Shown here in pieces: positions 28,727-32,643 of a DNA stretch of 32,643 bases (its first letter is position 1; each line of letters opens with the position of its first letter). Below the pieces are notes generated by a model, which was not told the origin of the DNA, did not search any database, and worked only from the letters and a program-made list of their open reading frames with translations. Source of the stretch: Desulfurococcaceae archaeon (GTDB lineage Archaea; Thermoproteota; Thermoprotei_A; Sulfolobales; Desulfurococcaceae); NCBI GenBank assembly GCA_038824035.1, contig JAWBBW010000015.1:1-32643 (forward strand), in the 5' to 3' direction. Position numbers and translations under genes: made by a program.

Positions 28727-29359
28727 CTACTTTAATTTATATGTTTGTGGAATAACCACGTATACTCCTTCCTCTATATGGATTTCTACGGGTTTCCTAT
28801 TGTGAACCCAGTATTCAACTAGGATTTTAGGTAAGTTAACACCTGAAGCAGCAGTTATCTCGAGACCCCCGGAGAATCTCACGTTTATTTCCTGTAGTTT
28901 AGGAAAACCAATTGAATCCTCTTTAAACTGAATGTTCAAGGGTCCCTTGAACTTTATCTTCTTAATGATTTCTCTAGTGTAATAGAGTATACTCTCATTC
29001 AACTTTACTTCTCCAACAACGGAAACTCCACCTCTTGTTTTCAACCTTACTCTTGGAACCACTACTATTTCATCTCCACTTCTGTCTGTGAGCACATCTA
29101 CAGTCCATTCCCTACCCGGTAAATACTCAACGAAGAAGAAGCCATCTTCCTCCTTAAAGACTTCTTTACTACTTGTACTTTACTACCTGTAACAACATCC
29201 CTTGCGTTCGCATCCATCAGCTACACCCCAGTAGAGCAACTGCATGCATGGATTACCCAGATATCGTGGATAACAGCCCTCACGCTGATCTCGCTACTAC
29301 TATTAGAGAAGCAGAGAGGAGTCCCAGCAGAGGAGATAATTAAACTCTAGATCCACCAT
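28727..29359 (-). pseudogene. ATP-grasp protein (CarB-like, glycan-cluster type), disrupted or internally deleted
   Basis: EYLPGREWTVD, GPLNIQF and EINVRFSGG...GVNLP motifs. An N-terminal LIISSAGTP-like remnant lies near 29320-29345; the middle is too short and out of frame. Confidence 0.75.
29164..29191. repeat. 14-bp tandem duplication with one mismatch
   Basis: CTTTACTACTTGTA followed directly by CTTTACTACCTGTA. Confidence 0.85.
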
Positions 29360-29805
29360 AAATTCCTCTCCGAGAAGACATTTATCAATATAACAGTATT
29401 ATTGTGTTACAATTTCTATACTAACTTACTTGTTCACCAAGTTATCCACACTAAACTTCATATGCTCTTATTCTTCTTTGATCACTTCTACCGTGTAGTC
29501 TCCGGGATCGATGCAACGACTTTCCATTAAGATGATTTAGTTTTATTTGTTCTAAGCGTTTGAATACTTGATCCTTCAGAGCTTTCGATCTTTCTTCTCT
29601 ACATGCTTGAATAATTTGTCCTCGGTTACGGCTTGAATAACTTGACATTATTGTAGATTGGTATTGCACTTAGCTCCTCGAGATACGTGTACAAGCCCGT
29701 GGAACACGCTCAACCACGAAGTAGCTACTACTGATGAATAAAGCCCAATCAGGTACAGCAGGTACAGAGTAAAGGAGGTCCATAGTGTTCTCTTCCCATT
29801 GTTTT

Positions 29806-30021
29806 CACCCATCCAATTTTTATTGCCCTGCATGGGCAACATCGTATAGCATTTCGTGGTTATTCAACCTCTCTAGGAAAAGACTGTGGGAACCTCGGGT
29901 AACCAGTCGAGGTGTTCTCGCAGATGGTCTTACGTGGAAATTTCCGAGAAATAAGTGGTTAAAGGATTTGACATGAAGAAACACCGATCCATGGAGGAAC
30001 AATAATATGCATAGAGAGCAT
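29806..30021 (-). pseudogene. Possible degraded single-cluster ferredoxin
   Basis: One frame reads WIGVSSCQIL*P...NAIRCCPCRAIKI, with ferredoxin-like spacing and two stops. Weak. Confidence 0.25.
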
Positions 30022-30035
30022 ATGAGAAGTTTAAG

Positions 30036-30119
30036 CGCCGGGGGCGGGATTTGAACCCGCGCGGGGTTTCCCCCACCGGCTTAGCAGGCCGGCGCCCTAC
30101 CAGGCTAGGCGACCCCGGC
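30036..30119 (-). tRNA. tRNA-Ser (anticodon GCT), long variable arm, CCA not encoded
   Basis: Reverse complement: GCCGGGG/CCCCGGC acceptor stem, CCGGC-CTGCTAA-GCCGG anticodon arm, GGGG-GAAA-CCCC variable arm and GCGGG-TTCAAAT-CCCGC T arm. Confidence 0.96.
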
Positions 30120-30202
30120 TTCTTGCATGATTTATTAAAAAGCTATTCATGTTTTTAAGTTTAAGCACATGTAGTGCGTCTTAGCGTGAGCGAGGAATAG
30201 CT

Positions 30203-32170
30203 ATGAAAGTAGTGAAATCTGTTTGCCCAAGGGATTGCTATGACACGTGTTTCTTGAACATTGTAGTGGAAAATGGCCTGATCAAGAGGGTTGAGCCTGA
30301 TGGGGAAAACCCTATAACGAATGGTTTCCTATGTGCACGGGGAGCCGTAGATCATCTCGCCGTGTATAGAAACAGGGTGTTATATCCTTATGTGAACACA
30401 TCGGGGTATAAGCCTTCCAAGGATTTCAAGAGAGTTAGCTGGGAAGAGGCGATCAACATCGTAGCCGAGAAGATCGAGGATATCTCGAGGAATTATGGAC
30501 CTGATAAAATACTGCACTTAGAGTACGCTGGTAACATGGGGCTTTTAACATGGTATTATTCACAGAGATTATGGCATGCTCTAGGCGCCTCTAAGACCGA
30601 TTACAGCATATGCAGTAAATCAGGCCACGAAGGCATAAGCTTACACTATGGTCTGAGTTATGGTGTCCTACCAGAGGAAATCCCCAATATGAAATTGATC
30701 GTCATATGGGGCTTCAACATGGCCGTAAGCGCGCCTCACTTGTGGAGACAGGTGTTATTAGCTAGGAAAAAAGGGGGAGTGGTAATTACAGTTGACCCTA
30801 GGAAAACCGAGACAGCGAGGCAAGCCGATATATGGCTAGCCCCTAGGCCGGGCACTGATATATGGCTGGCATACGGCATTGCGAAAATACTGATAGAGAG
30901 AGATCTAGTGGACAAGGACTTCATAGACAAGTACACTAAGGGGTATGAGGAGTTTAAAAAAGAGGCGTTAAAATATGATCTTAACGAGGTCTCAGCCATA
31001 ACGGGGATCAGTGTAGGAGATATTGAGAAATTCTCCGAGATATATGCATCTCTCAAACCAAGCACAATAATGATCGGCCTAGGTGTTCAGAAATCCATTA
31101 ATGGAGCCGAACTAACCCGTGTCTTATCCTTACTCCCAGCTCTGATCGGGCAACATCGGGGGTTTTACTACACCAATAGCAGGGGTTTCTTCGTTGATAT
31201 AGGCTATCTAACCGGCGAGAAATTGACAACCAAGAGAATTAGAACAGTTAGCCAAGTGGCATTAGCTGAATACGTGTTGAAAGGGGAGTTCAAGTTCATC
31301 TATGTATACAACATGAACCCATTATTAACACTACCTGGTCAAAGACAACTAAGAGAGGGATTGGTTAAGAACAATGTATTCGTAGTCACTCATACACCAC
31401 ATTGGAACGAGACATGCCAATTCTCAGACGTAGTTCTACCAGCACCTACATATCTAGAGAAAGAGGATATAGTATTGCCCTATAGCCATAACTATGTGAG
31501 GAAATCAGAAAAAGCCATAGAACCCCTCGGCGAGAGTAGAGATGAAACCTGGGTTATGCATAGATTAGCCGAGAGACTTGGGGTTAAAGAATGGTGGGTG
31601 TATGAAAACCCATTAGACGCGTTAAGAAAAGCGATGGAAAAATCGATTGAAGGAAGTTTCGAGGAGTTATTACAGGGTAAAACACTGAGGCTCAAGTATA
31701 GACTGAAAGATGAATATCAAACCCCCAGTGGCAGGATCGAGTTTTACTCTAGCATAGCAATTGAAAAAGGCTTAAACCCTTTACCAACACCTAGAGCTGA
31801 ATTGTATTTAAAGGACGTATTTGTGCTTCTCAATACAGCGTCATCTCTATATACACATACACAGTTTAGAGAAGTCTATGGAGAGCCCAAGCCCCTTTTA
31901 CACATAAACCCCATAGATGCCGTTGAACATGGCATAGACAATGACGATATAGTGGAGATATGTAACGAGAACGAGTGTCTCAGTTTAATCGCCCGGATCG
32001 ATCATTCACTGATACGGGGAGTGTTATGGGTTCAGAGACAGATAAAGAGCCTGGATAACAAGCCATTAAATGCCCTTATTCCAACCCACACACAGGCTGT
32101 GGGAGGGGGCCCTGTTTTCAACTCCACTGTGGTCCGAATAAACAGGGTTTTAAAAAGAACTAACCAGTGA
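30203..32170 (+). CDS. Mo/W-bis-PGD (DMSO reductase family) oxidoreductase catalytic subunit
   Basis: CPRDCYDTC...C [4Fe-4S] motif, VDPRKTETA, PRPGTD, SDVVLPA, TPSGRIEF and a C-terminal INPIDA dinucleotide-binding domain. Confidence 0.92.
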   Translation: MKVVKSVCPRDCYDTCFLNIVVENGLIKRVEPDGENPITNGFLCARGAVDHLAVYRNRVLYPYVNTSGYKPSKDFKRVSWEEAINIVAEKIEDISRNYGPDKILHLEYAGNMGLLTWYYSQRLWHALGASKTDYSICSKSGHEGISLHYGLSYGVLPEEIPNMKLIVIWGFNMAVSAPHLWRQVLLARKKGGVVITVDPRKTETARQADIWLAPRPGTDIWLAYGIAKILIERDLVDKDFIDKYTKGYEEFKKEALKYDLNEVSAITGISVGDIEKFSEIYASLKPSTIMIGLGVQKSINGAELTRVLSLLPALIGQHRGFYYTNSRGFFVDIGYLTGEKLTTKRIRTVSQVALAEYVLKGEFKFIYVYNMNPLLTLPGQRQLREGLVKNNVFVVTHTPHWNETCQFSDVVLPAPTYLEKEDIVLPYSHNYVRKSEKAIEPLGESRDETWVMHRLAERLGVKEWWVYENPLDALRKAMEKSIEGSFEELLQGKTLRLKYRLKDEYQTPSGRIEFYSSIAIEKGLNPLPTPRAELYLKDVFVLLNTASSLYTHTQFREVYGEPKPLLHINPIDAVEHGIDNDDIVEICNENECLSLIARIDHSLIRGVLWVQRQIKSLDNKPLNALIPTHTQAVGGGPVFNSTVVRINRVLKRTNQ

Positions 32171-32175
32171 TAAGC

Positions 32176-32643
32176 CTAGCTAGCTGGCTTGTTCTCCACC
32201 ACATAGATATCATCAACTCCTGTCACATGTAGTATGAAATTATGTTGCTCCAGCGATCTCAGCATAGCGGTGATAGGTAGTATTTTCTCCCTGGCATGTC
32301 CACCGGCTATTATCTTCGCTGCTAGTTCTATGCTCTCGGGTTCATTAAGTATGAAAAACACCCTTAACCCAGCATTGTTTATTAATGGCTTCGGTATCCT
32401 CGTGATCTCCTGGGATATTATGACCATGGAGAAGCCGAATTTCCTGCTCTCCATGAATAGCCTGGATAAAAGCTCCATTCCCAGTTCCCTGGGCATTATG
32501 CTCCTAGCCTCATCTATGACTATCTGCACTGGTACCGCCCCACCCTTTGATAAATACATCTTGTTCACAACCATGTAGAGCAATGCCTCCACATACAATG
32601 CCCTGGCGAAATCGCTTGAAAGCCCACTTAGATCCACCACTAC
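32176..32643 (-). CDS. HerA/FtsK/VirB4-like P-loop ATPase, C-terminal part (partial)
   Basis: Walker B IVIDEA, then ESRKFG and I-I-S-Q motifs; the frame is open to the window edge. Confidence 0.82.
   Translation of the reverse strand, partial: VVVDLSGLSSDFARALYVEALLYMVVNKMYLSKGGAVPVQIVIDEARSIMPRELGMELLSRLFMESRKFGFSMVIISQEITRIPKPLINNAGLRVFFILNEPESIELAAKIIAGGHAREKILPITAMLRSLEQHNFILHVTGVDDIYVVENKPAS

Noticed and set aside
24621-29648. AACTTGACA occurring three times (about 24622, 25367 and 29639)
   Set aside because: A 9-10 bp match is not significant in 32 kb of AT-rich DNA, and the contexts share nothing else.
19950-30035. CRISPR array, IS element or C/D-box sRNA in the intergenic gaps
   Set aside because: By eye I found no regularly spaced repeats, terminal inverted repeats, transposase motifs or convincing C/D'/C'/D box set. 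An Infernal or snoscan run would be needed to exclude sRNAs.
18421-30119. Shared sequence between tRNA-Arg and tRNA-Ser forming a long-range inverted repeat
   Set aside because: Explained by ordinary similarity among GC-rich archaeal tRNAs; there is no evidence of inversion.

Overview
Archaeal chromosomal window, most likely from a hyperthermophilic Desulfurococcaceae-like crenarchaeon. This is inferred from aRF1, ribosomal protein L40e, GC-rich tRNAs without an encoded CCA, GGTG(A) ribosome-binding sites and an Mbh-type hydrogenase. Bases 1-12 kb hold the 3' end of moaE, hypE-hypC-hypF and a complete 13-gene Mrp-linked group-4 membrane [NiFe] hydrogenase operon in a shuffled order (JKLN-BCD[EF]G-A-HIM). 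Bases 12-18.5 kb hold a divergent CPHC-thioredoxin / CcdA-like pair, a prepilin-like protein, aRF1, a UPF0104 membrane protein, rpl40e, a nucleotidyltransferase, endonuclease V and tRNA-Arg(TCG). Bases 18.5-30 kb are a gene-poor, partly decayed accessory region between two convergent tRNAs. It contains an MFS transporter, a ferritin-like protein, DUF1464, an orphan PD-(D/E)XK-like nuclease, a broken HEPN-MNT pair, pfkB kinases, a CPBP protease and PIG-L and ATP-grasp pseudogenes. The window ends with tRNA-Ser(GCT), a stand-alone molybdopterin oxidoreductase and the C-terminus of a HerA-like ATPase. I saw no CRISPR array, transposase or integrase. I cannot establish a previously undescribed system from sequence alone; the best candidates are listed as findings.
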